Virus record (IMG/VR): IMGVR_UViG_3300045242_000161
Coordinates: 1 to 55,616 of that record
Source of the DNA: a virus
Taxonomy: Duplodnaviria > Caudoviricetes
Length of the DNA stretch: 55,616 nt
Direction: 5' to 3' (one strand)
Shown here: positions 9,850-17,830 of the stretch, piece after piece
How the letters are laid out: every line of letters begins with the position of its first letter
Numbering within the stretch: position 1 is the stretch's first letter
Translations under genes and position numbers: made by a program
Notes under the pieces: model-generated
Databases searched by the model: none
What the model saw: the letters and a program-made list of their open reading frames with translations, nothing else
What the model was told of the DNA's origin: nothing

Positions 9850-11584
9850 TTCTATCAAGAACGATATCACGATCACAGTTACTGGGTCTATTGACTTTAG
9901 TGGCACGGTCGATGCAGAGTTCATTGTGACGTTGCCTGATACTCCTCCGCCGACACCTGAACCGACACCACCACCTACACCAGAGCCTACTCCTCCACCA
10001 ATACCTTCGGCGGATACACTAATTGTCGAACTCACCTACCAGGGCAAGGTGTACCTATTTGATGAAAGTTTTGGGATTGATTTAGGTGATTATGTAGAAC
10101 CGGGCGGGCACTTCGTTCAATTGTGTATGCTGACTACACATCCTGAGCTCCCTGGTTTCCGCGTAATGTTCCGCCCGGACAGCAGTGGACAACGCGAAGA
10201 AATTGTATTTGAACTCGGCATGCTACACTCTGGCACACCTGTTAATATGGTGGACTATACAGTAGTAATCAAGCGTGCCGATCAGACGGTGACTACAATA
10301 CAGGCACCGTGCCATTACTGGAACTCGCGTTGGCGGTGGCAGTCAGCACCAAGACCCATCATCTACCCTGTAGATGATTTGTTGGGTAACCTACTGCCTA
10401 TGTACAGTGAAGATTTGTTCGGTAGTAAACTTCCCCTGTCGTTACCGCGTCAATATCTCGGTCCGATGGATCTGGCGGGCATCCAACCCTACATCCCATC
10501 AACTGGCGAGAGAGACGAGATCGGCATCTGCACAGAAGGGCAGGCAGAATACCTGTGCCAAAGAACGACAACCGCCTGGAGTTCTGTACAGGCGTGGCTC
10601 GAAGCGTCGGGTACGATACCTTGGCACTTCCGCGATGAGAAAACCAACGCCCCTATCGACGTGAATGAGTATCCTCAAGCAACGATGTATGGATCGTCTG
10701 GCGATCCCTTGATCAAGAATCCAACATCACCTATCACCTTGGATGTTTCACACATGGGATCGTTTGCCTATGTTCCCTTCGTCCTAACTGGTGATCCGTA
10801 TGCATTGGAAGAAATGCAGTTCTATACGACATACAGTATAATAATGCAATCGCCTAGTGCACGCCAGAACTGGAACCTCGGCAATGCGGTCAGAGCAGTT
10901 GCATGGTCGTTGCGCGCTCTGATGCATAACGCAACGGTTACTCCTGATGAAATCCCTTCTTGGTTGAAGTCGAAACAGTATTTCAAAACACTGCTCGACC
11001 AGGAACGTGACTGGTTCATGAGTAGATTCGTCAATGCTACTACTGCACCGTTTAACAATCTCAATTTGGTGAGTGATGGTAAGGGTGGACCTGCATCACC
11101 TCCGCTTCCACCGGATACCTATGTCAGCGTATGGATGGAGGACTTCCTGACGGCCGTGTTGGGTTGGATCGTTCAACTAGGCCATAATGACTGGTTGCCT
11201 ATACTGCAGTGGAAAGCCGCCGACGCTGTAGCCAGAACTAGCGGTAAGTCGGGATGGGTGCGAGCCGTTCCTACCATGTATCAAATGGCTATCAAATTGG
11301 ATACCAATGCACAGGTAGCCTACGATTGGGGTGCGTGTTGGGAAGCCAACGAACGACTACAGCCAACCAAGTGTGAATACGCGGACAAAGATATCATGCC
11401 AACCACCGTCAGTTTGACGTATCCTTCATATATGTTGGGGTCACTTGGACTGGCTGCGCCCGTGGGAATTGCGGATGCCCCAGAATGTTATGAGTGGCTC
11501 CTTGAGCAGATACAACATAACACCACCAACAATAGTTATATTCGGAGAAGATGGGCAGTTGCTACTGGTCCGGTTTCTGTTTAG
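9842..11584 (+). CDS. Large protein: short N-terminal segment, Pro-rich linker, then putative alpha/alpha-toroid glycan-active domain
   Basis: RBS GGAGGAG; PPPTPEPTPPPTPEPTPPP linker; aromatic-rich helical region AYVPFVLTGDPYALEEMQF...RAVAWSLR. Confidence 0.5.
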   Translation: MSDSIKNDITITVTGSIDFSGTVDAEFIVTLPDTPPPTPEPTPPPTPEPTPPPIPSADTLIVELTYQGKVYLFDESFGIDLGDYVEPGGHFVQLCMLTTHPELPGFRVMFRPDSSGQREEIVFELGMLHSGTPVNMVDYTVVIKRADQTVTTIQAPCHYWNSRWRWQSAPRPIIYPVDDLLGNLLPMYSEDLFGSKLPLSLPRQYLGPMDLAGIQPYIPSTGERDEIGICTEGQAEYLCQRTTTAWSSVQAWLEASGTIPWHFRDEKTNAPIDVNEYPQATMYGSSGDPLIKNPTSPITLDVSHMGSFAYVPFVLTGDPYALEEMQFYTTYSIIMQSPSARQNWNLGNAVRAVAWSLRALMHNATVTPDEIPSWLKSKQYFKTLLDQERDWFMSRFVNATTAPFNNLNLVSDGKGGPASPPLPPDTYVSVWMEDFLTAVLGWIVQLGHNDWLPILQWKAADAVARTSGKSGWVRAVPTMYQMAIKLDTNAQVAYDWGACWEANERLQPTKCEYADKDIMPTTVSLTYPSYMLGSLGLAAPVGIADAPECYEWLLEQIQHNTTNNSYIRRRWAVATGPVSV

Positions 11585-11595
11585 GAGTCATGTGA

Positions 11596-12657
11596 ATGCC
11601 AGCTAATTGGTTCAACCGCTTCACGAAATGGTGGGCTTCGAGCGGCACACTGCAAGATCCTTCGGATACGCAGGCTGCCGCTGGCTGGTCCTTCATCGGC
11701 CAGGCCCCACCGACTGTAGAGCAGTTTAATTCCGTCCAGCAGTGGAACGACCAGAAGGATAACTACCTCTTCAATCAGATTGGGAGCGTATTAACTTGGG
11801 GTGGTCAAACAGCAACTGATACTAACCCCAATACACTACGCGATGCTATTAGCGGTAAGATGAAGATTGTGCTTACTGCATCTACCAATTACTATGTTGA
11901 TCTAGCTGGTAATGATTCTACTGGAAATGGAACGGTTGGTAATCCTTGGAGAACAATACAATTTGCTGTTAATTGGATAACAAATCACATTGATGCTGCT
12001 GGTTGGCAAGTCAACATTCAGTTGAAGACTGCGGGAACTTATGCTCAAGCCTATTTTGGTATTCCAATTAACGGCAATTTTATAATTACTGGAGACAAAC
12101 TTAATCCAAGAAACTATATTGTCAAAAATCTTGATGGGCCTGCTGTAGTAGCTACCCAAAGTGCTGTTGTTATCTTAATAGGCATTTCATTAGAAGCAAC
12201 TGGACAAGCCACAGGAGCACCAGATTATAAGACTGTAGGACACGGAATATATGCTGCTCGTGGGGCTGTTATTTATTATGATGCTGTTGCATTGGGCCCT
12301 TGCACTCATGTTCAAATGGTGGCTGAGACTGGAGCGGTTATATTTCCACTTAATGGTTTATCAACTACACTGAGTGCTTATGGCGGAGGTCAATCTTTTG
12401 CCACTGCTAATGCCGGTGGTGCTGTAGTATTGCAATCAATTCCAACTACATTTACTGGCACTGTCAATTATACTGCTGCTACCGTTCAAGCATCCCAAGC
12501 AGGAACTATAAATGCAATAGCCTGGGCTCCTACAGGAACTGTTACTGGTCCTAAATGGAGTGTATTTCTTAATGGCGTTTTGATAACAAATGTTGCTGGT
12601 GCTAATATTCCAGGCAGCACAGCAGGACAAGTAGTCTCTGGCGGTCAACTACAATAG
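11596..12657 (+). CDS. Main tail fibre/tailspike (baseplate-anchor N-terminus, beta-helix-like C-terminus)
   Basis: AAAGWSFIGQAPPTVEQFNSVQ anchor motif; YYVDLAGNDSTGNGTVGNPWRTIQFAV beta-helix cap. Confidence 0.75.
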   Translation: MPANWFNRFTKWWASSGTLQDPSDTQAAAGWSFIGQAPPTVEQFNSVQQWNDQKDNYLFNQIGSVLTWGGQTATDTNPNTLRDAISGKMKIVLTASTNYYVDLAGNDSTGNGTVGNPWRTIQFAVNWITNHIDAAGWQVNIQLKTAGTYAQAYFGIPINGNFIITGDKLNPRNYIVKNLDGPAVVATQSAVVILIGISLEATGQATGAPDYKTVGHGIYAARGAVIYYDAVALGPCTHVQMVAETGAVIFPLNGLSTTLSAYGGGQSFATANAGGAVVLQSIPTTFTGTVNYTAATVQASQAGTINAIAWAPTGTVTGPKWSVFLNGVLITNVAGANIPGSTAGQVVSGGQLQ

Positions 12658-12670
12658 TAGGAGAACAAAC

Positions 12671-12847
12671 ATGTCTGATAAGCAGAACGATGAAGTTGTT
12701 ACGCCTCCGAATGTAGGTGTAATGTCAGCTGATATGTCAGTTCCTGATCAAGTCAGAGCGGACATAGAAGCATTACTTGAACAAGCAAATATAGAGATGG
12801 GGAGGACTCCCGCTGCCGGCCAGGAGCAATCTGGCAAACGTGACTGA
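12671..12847 (+). CDS. Hypothetical 58-aa protein (not in ORF track)
   Basis: Hand translation MSDKQNDEVVTPPNV...GKRD; RBS AGGAG. Confidence 0.55.
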   Translation: MSDKQNDEVVTPPNVGVMSADMSVPDQVRADIEALLEQANIEMGRTPAAGQEQSGKRD

Positions 12848-13043
12848 AGAACAACGAGGCATCTCTGGTCTTGCTAATAAAGTAATAGGCTCTTTACCAG
12901 CCCAATTTTTAATGCTGATACTGATCAACATGATATTCATAGGCGGTCTAATTTGGTTTCTTGATCGTAGAGACAGTGCCAGAGAACGTATGCTCATCCC
13001 CATACTTGCCGCCTGCCTGAAAGGAGGTAGTCCAATTCAATGA
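12840..13043 (+). CDS. Single-TM membrane protein, possible holin
   Basis: One hydrophobic helix (FLMLILINMIFIGGLIWFL), charged C-terminus, end of late operon. Confidence 0.45.
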   Translation: MTEEQRGISGLANKVIGSLPAQFLMLILINMIFIGGLIWFLDRRDSARERMLIPILAACLKGGSPIQ

Positions 13044-13153
13044 AACCCTTCCCATGCACATGTATATTTCGTATGGGCGTGTGTATATGTGACTCGCGTG
13101 ACTATCCAATTCCACAGAAGTCGAAACAAGGATTCGCTACCTGCTAGGTTTCC

Positions 13154-13194
13154 CTTGCAAATAGGTATCCTTTCCTTAATATAAGGATGCCTAT
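13154..13194 (+). promoter_or_regulatory. Candidate sigma70 promoter for the PEP-CTERM gene, overlapped by a 12-bp inverted repeat
   Basis: CTTGCAA-N16-TAATAT; arms ATAGGTATCCTT (13161-13172) and AAGGATGCCTAT (13183-13194), one mismatch. Confidence 0.4.
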
Positions 13195-13237
13195 GAGGAG
13201 CGTGCATGCCGCCTACTAACGCGTATGGAGATGACAA

Positions 13238-13885
13238 ATGACTAAGTACCTGCTCGCCTCAGTCGCCCTGTTCGGCCTGGCCACCACACAGGCCAACGCT
13301 GCACTCATCGCGTCGTTCAGTCAGAACCCGTCAGCTACCCCAACCGTCAATGCTACTGATAACGGCACGACAACCAACATCACCATTGGCAGTGTTTCCA
13401 CCAGCGTCACGGCCGGTGCCAATGTTGTGCCGAATGCGTTCTTCTCCCTAGCCGCCACCAGCATCGACGCCGCCGTCCAGATTGGTGCAGCCGTGATCCA
13501 GCACTACAACGGTAACTTCTGCATCACCTCGGCGGCCGGTTGCGGAGGCACCAACTTCCTCTCAGGCGTGTTCTCCGACGCAGCATTCGGTGCACTGGGC
13601 GGTCCCGGCCTGGCCGTGAACGTCAACAATCCGCCCGACACTTTGACGTTGACATCGTCGGTGGTCCCGGCATCGAGCCTCCAACCGCCATCGGCGTTCA
13701 ACCTGGGCTTCGTCGATCTGGCGCCCTTGCTGCATATCGACGGTAGCACCATCGCGGCGTTCACTGCCGACTTCGCAGGTAACGTGTCGTCCTCCGTCGA
13801 GGCACCCGAGCCAATGTCGATCGCCCTACTCGGCATGGGCCTGGTCGGCATCGGGATGGTCCGTTACCGCCACAAGAACGGATAG
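13238..13885 (+). CDS. PEP-CTERM sorting-domain surface protein
   Basis: Signal peptide ending ANA/A; C-terminal APEPMSIALLGMGLVGIGMVRYRHK (PEP, TM helix, basic tail). Confidence 0.9.
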   Translation: MTKYLLASVALFGLATTQANAALIASFSQNPSATPTVNATDNGTTTNITIGSVSTSVTAGANVVPNAFFSLAATSIDAAVQIGAAVIQHYNGNFCITSAAGCGGTNFLSGVFSDAAFGALGGPGLAVNVNNPPDTLTLTSSVVPASSLQPPSAFNLGFVDLAPLLHIDGSTIAAFTADFAGNVSSSVEAPEPMSIALLGMGLVGIGMVRYRHKNG

Positions 13886-13930
13886 CATCATCCAGGTTGG
13901 GTTGCTCCGTAGGTCCTTGAACACATGACG

Positions 13931-14126
13931 GGCGCACATGGCGACATGGCTGACCTCCCTATACCCCTGGTCCCCCAAGCAACTGCATTCACCAGGGACG
14001 TAGTGGGTAAACTCGGCGGGGCGTAATGAATTTCAGAGCAAGGTCAGCCGCGCCTATTTCGACAGTTTGTCGGTCCATCTTGCCGGACCCTTTGGGTCCG
14101 GTTTGGGTGTCGAAACCACCTTTTTT
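13931..14126 (+). ncRNA. Putative structured RNA or 3' UTR (multi-hairpin)
   Basis: GGCTGACCT/AGGTCAGCC (13948-13956/14041-14049) enclosing CCCTGGT/ACCAGGG; CCGGACCC-TTT-GGGTCCGG (14083-14101); GGTG/CACC hairpin followed by T6. Confidence 0.35.
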
Positions 14127-14146
14127 ATGGGTTGTGGACGAATACC

Positions 14147-14176
14147 CTTGCGATAATTCTGCGGCCATGCTATAAT
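14147..14176 (+). promoter_or_regulatory. Near-consensus sigma70 promoter with extended -10
   Basis: CTTGCGA-N17-TATAAT with TG at the extended -10 position. Confidence 0.7.
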
Positions 14177-14182
14177 ACTGCG

Positions 14183-14306
14183 GACGCGGTTACAAAACGC
14201 GCAAGGCATAGGCCCTCTCCTAGGCAACATGCGAACGATGAGCTTCTGAGCTATGATAGACAAGCCTCAGGGGTGGACCCGCTACCCATATAGCGGGTCC
14301 CTTTTT
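14183..14306 (+). ncRNA. Candidate ~120-nt small RNA
   Basis: Bounded by a near-consensus promoter and an intrinsic terminator; no credible + strand ORF; contains CCCTCTCCT (14213-14221). Confidence 0.5.
14275..14306 (+). terminator. Intrinsic terminator
   Basis: GGACCCGCTA-cccata-TAGCGGGTCC perfect 10-bp stem followed by CTTTTT. Confidence 0.8.
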
Positions 14307-14331
14307 GGTCCTTCTAACAAGCTCTCTCGCA

Positions 14332-14592
14332 CTAGTGGCAATCTGTACGCGTATATCCCAACGAGTCTTTCTTAGATGTGCAGTTGACAGATCGACCGCC
14401 ATCATTGAATTGTGAGTGTGTGTAACCGAGCGAGTCAGTCTTGCTCGTCCCACTGAATGATTGGCCATCGCGGTTACTGCCATTGTAGTGCGTGTAACCG
14501 AGCGAGTCCGTTTTACTGGTGATACGTTGTGCGGTGGCGAATCCGAGCATAGTGGCCGAGGCGACAAGAGCGGTGGCGATGAGGAGGCGCAT
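14332..14592 (-). CDS. Small secreted protein with three TSKxDSLGYT repeats
   Basis: Start reassigned to ATG 14592; signal peptide MRLLIATALVASATMLGFATA; 17-nt DNA direct repeat at 14420-14436 and 14492-14508. Confidence 0.7.
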   Translation of the reverse strand: MRLLIATALVASATMLGFATAQRITSKTDSLGYTHYNGSNRDGQSFSGTSKTDSLGYTHSQFNDGGRSVNCTSKKDSLGYTRTDCH

Positions 14593-14600
14593 TTCAGGTC

Positions 14601-14993
14601 CTAGCCGCGTGGATGTTGATTGATGAACGACTGGTAGGCAGGCTGAACGTCGGGACAAGGTTTCGTGCCCAGACGGTGCATCTCACTGAAAACATACAGC
14701 GTGCCCGCCCCATTCTTGACGAAGGCAGACTTGGAGGCGGATCCCTGGATCTGGGACCAGTCGATCTCTTTGACGCGACCTTTGATGGTCTCCATGCTCA
14801 TACAACCGCCACCCCAGGGCTCGCGGCCGACGGATCCGTTATCAATAGATTCGCGTTCCCATCGAACCCTGTCTTCAGGTGTAATTGAATTCTCAATCGC
14901 AGAGACCCCGGAGAAGAGGCCCCAGCCAACCAATCCAATTACTGTTAAGCTAACAGTTGCATTCAGCGGAGTAACCTTAGCTTCTTTGGCCAT
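14601..14993 (-). CDS. Hypothetical membrane-anchored protein
   Basis: N-terminal hydrophobic helix; downstream of a family promoter. Confidence 0.55.
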   Translation of the reverse strand: MAKEAKVTPLNATVSLTVIGLVGWGLFSGVSAIENSITPEDRVRWERESIDNGSVGREPWGGGCMSMETIKGRVKEIDWSQIQGSASKSAFVKNGAGTLYVFSEMHRLGTKPCPDVQPAYQSFINQHPRG

Positions 14994-15025
14994 TGGAGGA
15001 TATCTTACTTGCAGTTGGTATCGCT

Positions 15026-15056
15026 CTTATAGAGGTAACTGCCATCATTACGCAAG
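15026..15056 (-). promoter_or_regulatory. Phage promoter family copy
   Basis: CTTGCGT-N18-TATAAG. Confidence 0.55.
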
Positions 15057-15066
15057 TAAAATATGC

Positions 15067-15435
15067 TCAGGACTCTGAATTAAATATGGATGGATCGTTA
15101 TCCTCTTTGGTCGGTATGAAATGCGCGTAGATGTTGCCCACTTTCAGTAATTCTGCTTCCATCATTTCGATTTCTTTGAGCAGTTTCGTAGCCCAGATGG
15201 CAGCGTTTCCTACAATCAACACCTCTTCGTCAACGAAGGTGGTTTCACTGTCAGCCGCGATCAATCCTTTGCAGCCATTCTTCAACTGGTCCATCGACCA
15301 ACCGAGTCGCCGGTTGCGACGCCGCGTCTCATACACCTTCTGGCGCGGATCAGTCTCGGGATCGGCTGGGACGTTGGTAGGCGATGAGGCAGTGTTTGCC
15401 GCAGTAGGATCTTCCTGCATAACTGCGTTCTCCAC
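15067..15435 (-). CDS. Hypothetical protein (start uncertain)
   Basis: Fills gap in the - strand operon; 5' part overlaps the GcrA-like ORF. Confidence 0.4.
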   Translation of the reverse strand: MENAVMQEDPTAANTASSPTNVPADPETDPRQKVYETRRRNRRLGWSMDQLKNGCKGLIAADSETTFVDEEVLIVGNAAIWATKLLKEIEMMEAELLKVGNIYAHFIPTKEDNDPSIFNSES

Positions 15436-15856
15436 AGAAGATGTATTTCTTGATGGTCCGCTCCATCCCCCACATTGGCCATTGGCAGGTTACGGCGGGG
15501 CCAAATGACGGCGGTGTATACGGCGTCGGTTGAATTGTTGGTCCAACCAGTGTAGGGATTTCTACAACCTCAGGAGTTGGAATCTCAAGGGCCTTGCGAC
15601 TACTGTAGCGGGCTCGGGAGGCGCGCTTCTGAGCGTTCTTCCGGAGTCTCCCACACTCTTTACACCGTTGAGTCGTGCGCGGTCCAAAGAACTCAGTTCC
15701 GCAGTCGGCACAGGTCTTTAGCCCAGATCCCTTTTGAGTGACGGCAGTAGACGTAGCCGTAGAACTCGAGCCAGTCGATGACTTCGTCGAGAGTTCCTCC
15801 TGCGACGATAAGTCGTGTGTCCGGGTTATGAATTTCTCCAAGGAATTGCTTTCCAT
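15350..15856 (-). CDS. GcrA C-terminal-domain protein with N-terminal zinc ribbon
   Basis: TCQWPMWG...FCGERSYAGRSYCGKHCLIAYQ matches the GcrA C-terminal pattern; CADC...CKEC ribbon upstream. Confidence 0.7.
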   Translation of the reverse strand: MESNSLEKFITRTHDLSSQEELSTKSSTGSSSTATSTAVTQKGSGLKTCADCGTEFFGPRTTQRCKECGRLRKNAQKRASRARYSSRKALEIPTPEVVEIPTLVGPTIQPTPYTPPSFGPAVTCQWPMWGMERTIKKYIFCGERSYAGRSYCGKHCLIAYQRPSRSRD

Positions 15857-15917
15857 AGGGACTTGCCACCACTTTCAGTTGGATAACGTCAGGCACTTCC
15901 CCCAATTGCGTAGTCAT
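15693..15917 (-). CDS. Hypothetical protein
   Basis: RBS AAGGAG and ATGA coupling to the helicase stop. Confidence 0.5.
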   Translation of the reverse strand: MTTQLGEVPDVIQLKVVASPYGKQFLGEIHNPDTRLIVAGGTLDEVIDWLEFYGYVYCRHSKGIWAKDLCRLRN

Positions 15918-17593
15918 TCTAACTCCTTAAGGAGCGTAGGCCCCTTTGATAATAGCATTCTAGCAAGGTCTGCACGATCCGCAAGCACTGATAATATGAC
16001 AGTATCAATGGATTTTGGCACCACGAGATCAATATAGGTGACCGGAGCCACAGTGCCGATGCGATGGCACCGATCTTCGGACTGCTCCCTGTGCTCAAAG
16101 TTGAATGAATTGTTGTAATAGATTGCGGTTGATGCGATCTGGAGATTAAGGCCGATACCCCCTGCGGCCGGATTAGATACGAAGATGCGTGTCTCCCCCG
16201 TCGTGAAGCTAGACACTACATCGCCACGATCTTTCTGGATGGTCGTTCCATCGTATCGGACGAAAGACTCTCCAATGCCCGACAACATTGTACAGATCTG
16301 GTTGAGGTCCTCCTGAAACCGTGCCCAAATGATCATCTTACCTGTGATCTGTTTGACTTGTTCCTCGAGAACGGTTATGCGGTTTGAGTCAAGATAGTGT
16401 AATACAGTGTCTGTATCATCTACACTGGGCAAGAAGCCAGATAGAATCTGCTGCAACCTCACCAACCGCGCAAGGGCGTTTGGCAGTAGGAGTGTCTCAT
16501 CATTGATTTCGGCGAGGAACTCCCTGCGGACCTGGTTGTAGAGTCGTCGCTGTTCCGCGGTGTATTCTACATAGACACGCTCGTAGAGTTTCGGCGGTAG
16601 ATCCACGCACTCCTCTTTCCGCGCCGTAATCGAGAAGGGACGGATTCGAGCGGCGAGCTCGGCCATGTTACGGTAACCGACAACTGCCATCGCCCCGCGT
16701 GGCCCACCGTAGATAGGTTTCAAGACACAATAATGTTGTTGGAAAGATGTGTATGAGCCATGACCCAGGATCCGTCGATCCAGGAACCGAAACTGCGTGT
16801 AGAGGTTCTCGGCCCCGTGTGGTGAAGGATCGCCGGATGAGATGATTCTGACAGGAGCCTTGTCCGATAACGCAAGGACGTTCTTAGTGCAGGCGGCAGT
16901 AGGTGATCGGATGCGTGTAGACTCATCTACAATTACTGCCATCCTGCCGGATGCCACAAACTGCTGGGCGATTTCAATGCCCTGTCCGCGACTCAACGCT
17001 TCGACGTTAATTGCAAGTATTCGACAGTAGGTGGATTTCTGTTGAATAGGATCTTTCTCTGTTATCGGTTTGAAAGATGAATGGACACGCGATAATAGCG
17101 GGACCCGGTCCACCCAATGGAGAGGCACTTGCTCTTCAATCCATTGGCGGTGGACACCTGAGGGTGCGATCACCAAGGCACCGTCAATCTCGTGTCGCTC
17201 ATATCGGTCTGCGATGATGTCGAGAATCAGTTTGGTCTTACCGAGTCCTTTATCTAGGAAGATGGCGAATTGATCCAAGGTTCGGGCCCAGTCGAAAGCC
17301 TTCTCCTGGTGATTCATCATTGCAGTTTTGGGGATGAACGTATAGTCGGGAGCCCTGTGGACAGGTTGAGAAACCTCTGATACGACTTCTTTCTTATCGG
17401 TCCAGGTGGCATCTGCTAGATTGGTCTTGATGTATTCGATATTCGCAGGGGTCGGATCGAATAAGAACGAACCACGTTGTCCCCAACGAAAACGATCAGG
17501 GACCGAATTGACTGTGGTTCGTTCCTCAGCCGACCACCGCCCGTCTATACGGGCCAGTCGTTCGTTCTGGATGATGACAGTTAGATTGGGCAT
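15914..17593 (-). CDS. SNF2-family (SF2) DNA helicase
   Basis: DKGLGKT Walker A, VDES Walker B, SGDP motif III, AGGIGLNL, QSEDRCHRIG motif VI. Confidence 0.93.
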   Translation of the reverse strand: MPNLTVIIQNERLARIDGRWSAEERTTVNSVPDRFRWGQRGSFLFDPTPANIEYIKTNLADATWTDKKEVVSEVSQPVHRAPDYTFIPKTAMMNHQEKAFDWARTLDQFAIFLDKGLGKTKLILDIIADRYERHEIDGALVIAPSGVHRQWIEEQVPLHWVDRVPLLSRVHSSFKPITEKDPIQQKSTYCRILAINVEALSRGQGIEIAQQFVASGRMAVIVDESTRIRSPTAACTKNVLALSDKAPVRIISSGDPSPHGAENLYTQFRFLDRRILGHGSYTSFQQHYCVLKPIYGGPRGAMAVVGYRNMAELAARIRPFSITARKEECVDLPPKLYERVYVEYTAEQRRLYNQVRREFLAEINDETLLLPNALARLVRLQQILSGFLPSVDDTDTVLHYLDSNRITVLEEQVKQITGKMIIWARFQEDLNQICTMLSGIGESFVRYDGTTIQKDRGDVVSSFTTGETRIFVSNPAAGGIGLNLQIASTAIYYNNSFNFEHREQSEDRCHRIGTVAPVTYIDLVVPKSIDTVILSVLADRADLARMLLSKGPTLLKELE

Positions 17594-17602
17594 GGTTCCT
17601 GT

Positions 17603-17631
17603 AGAATAGCGTAATTCTGCGGAATCCGCAA
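17603..17631 (-). promoter_or_regulatory. Phage promoter family copy (very short leader before helicase ATG)
   Basis: TTGCGG-N17-TATTCT. Confidence 0.6.
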
Positions 17632-17677
17632 TGGCTCTGCGAGCGCCTTAAGCGTATAGAGCTACAGGGCTCCGTCT

Positions 17678-17830
17678 TCAAGGGCGCGATAGAGCCTCCA
17701 ATAACTCCGGCTCAACACGAATTCGACGCTTCAGGTCCTCGACGATCTCATGCGCCATCTTCGCAAAGGTCTCATCCTGGTTTTTCGCTATCTTTTCAGC
17801 GATCAGCAGTTCGAGACGGTATTCGCTCAT
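17678..17830 (-). CDS. Hypothetical 50-aa protein (not in ORF track)
   Basis: Hand translation MSEYRLELLIAEKIAK...LSRP; ATGA-coupled to polymerase stop. Confidence 0.5.
   Translation of the reverse strand: MSEYRLELLIAEKIAKNQDETFAKMAHEIVEDLKRRIRVEPELLEALSRP

Noticed and set aside
9941-10005. Nucleotide repeat underlying PPPTPEPT
   Set aside because: Explained by a Pro-rich protein linker with diverged synonymous codons
3751-12657. Diversity-generating retroelement or invertase shuffling of fibre genes
   Set aside because: No reverse transcriptase or recombinase ORF, and I saw no long near-identical nucleotide repeat pair
14054-14263. 69-aa - strand ORF as a confident gene
   Set aside because: Overlaps a strong + strand promoter and several hairpins; kept only as a possible antisense target
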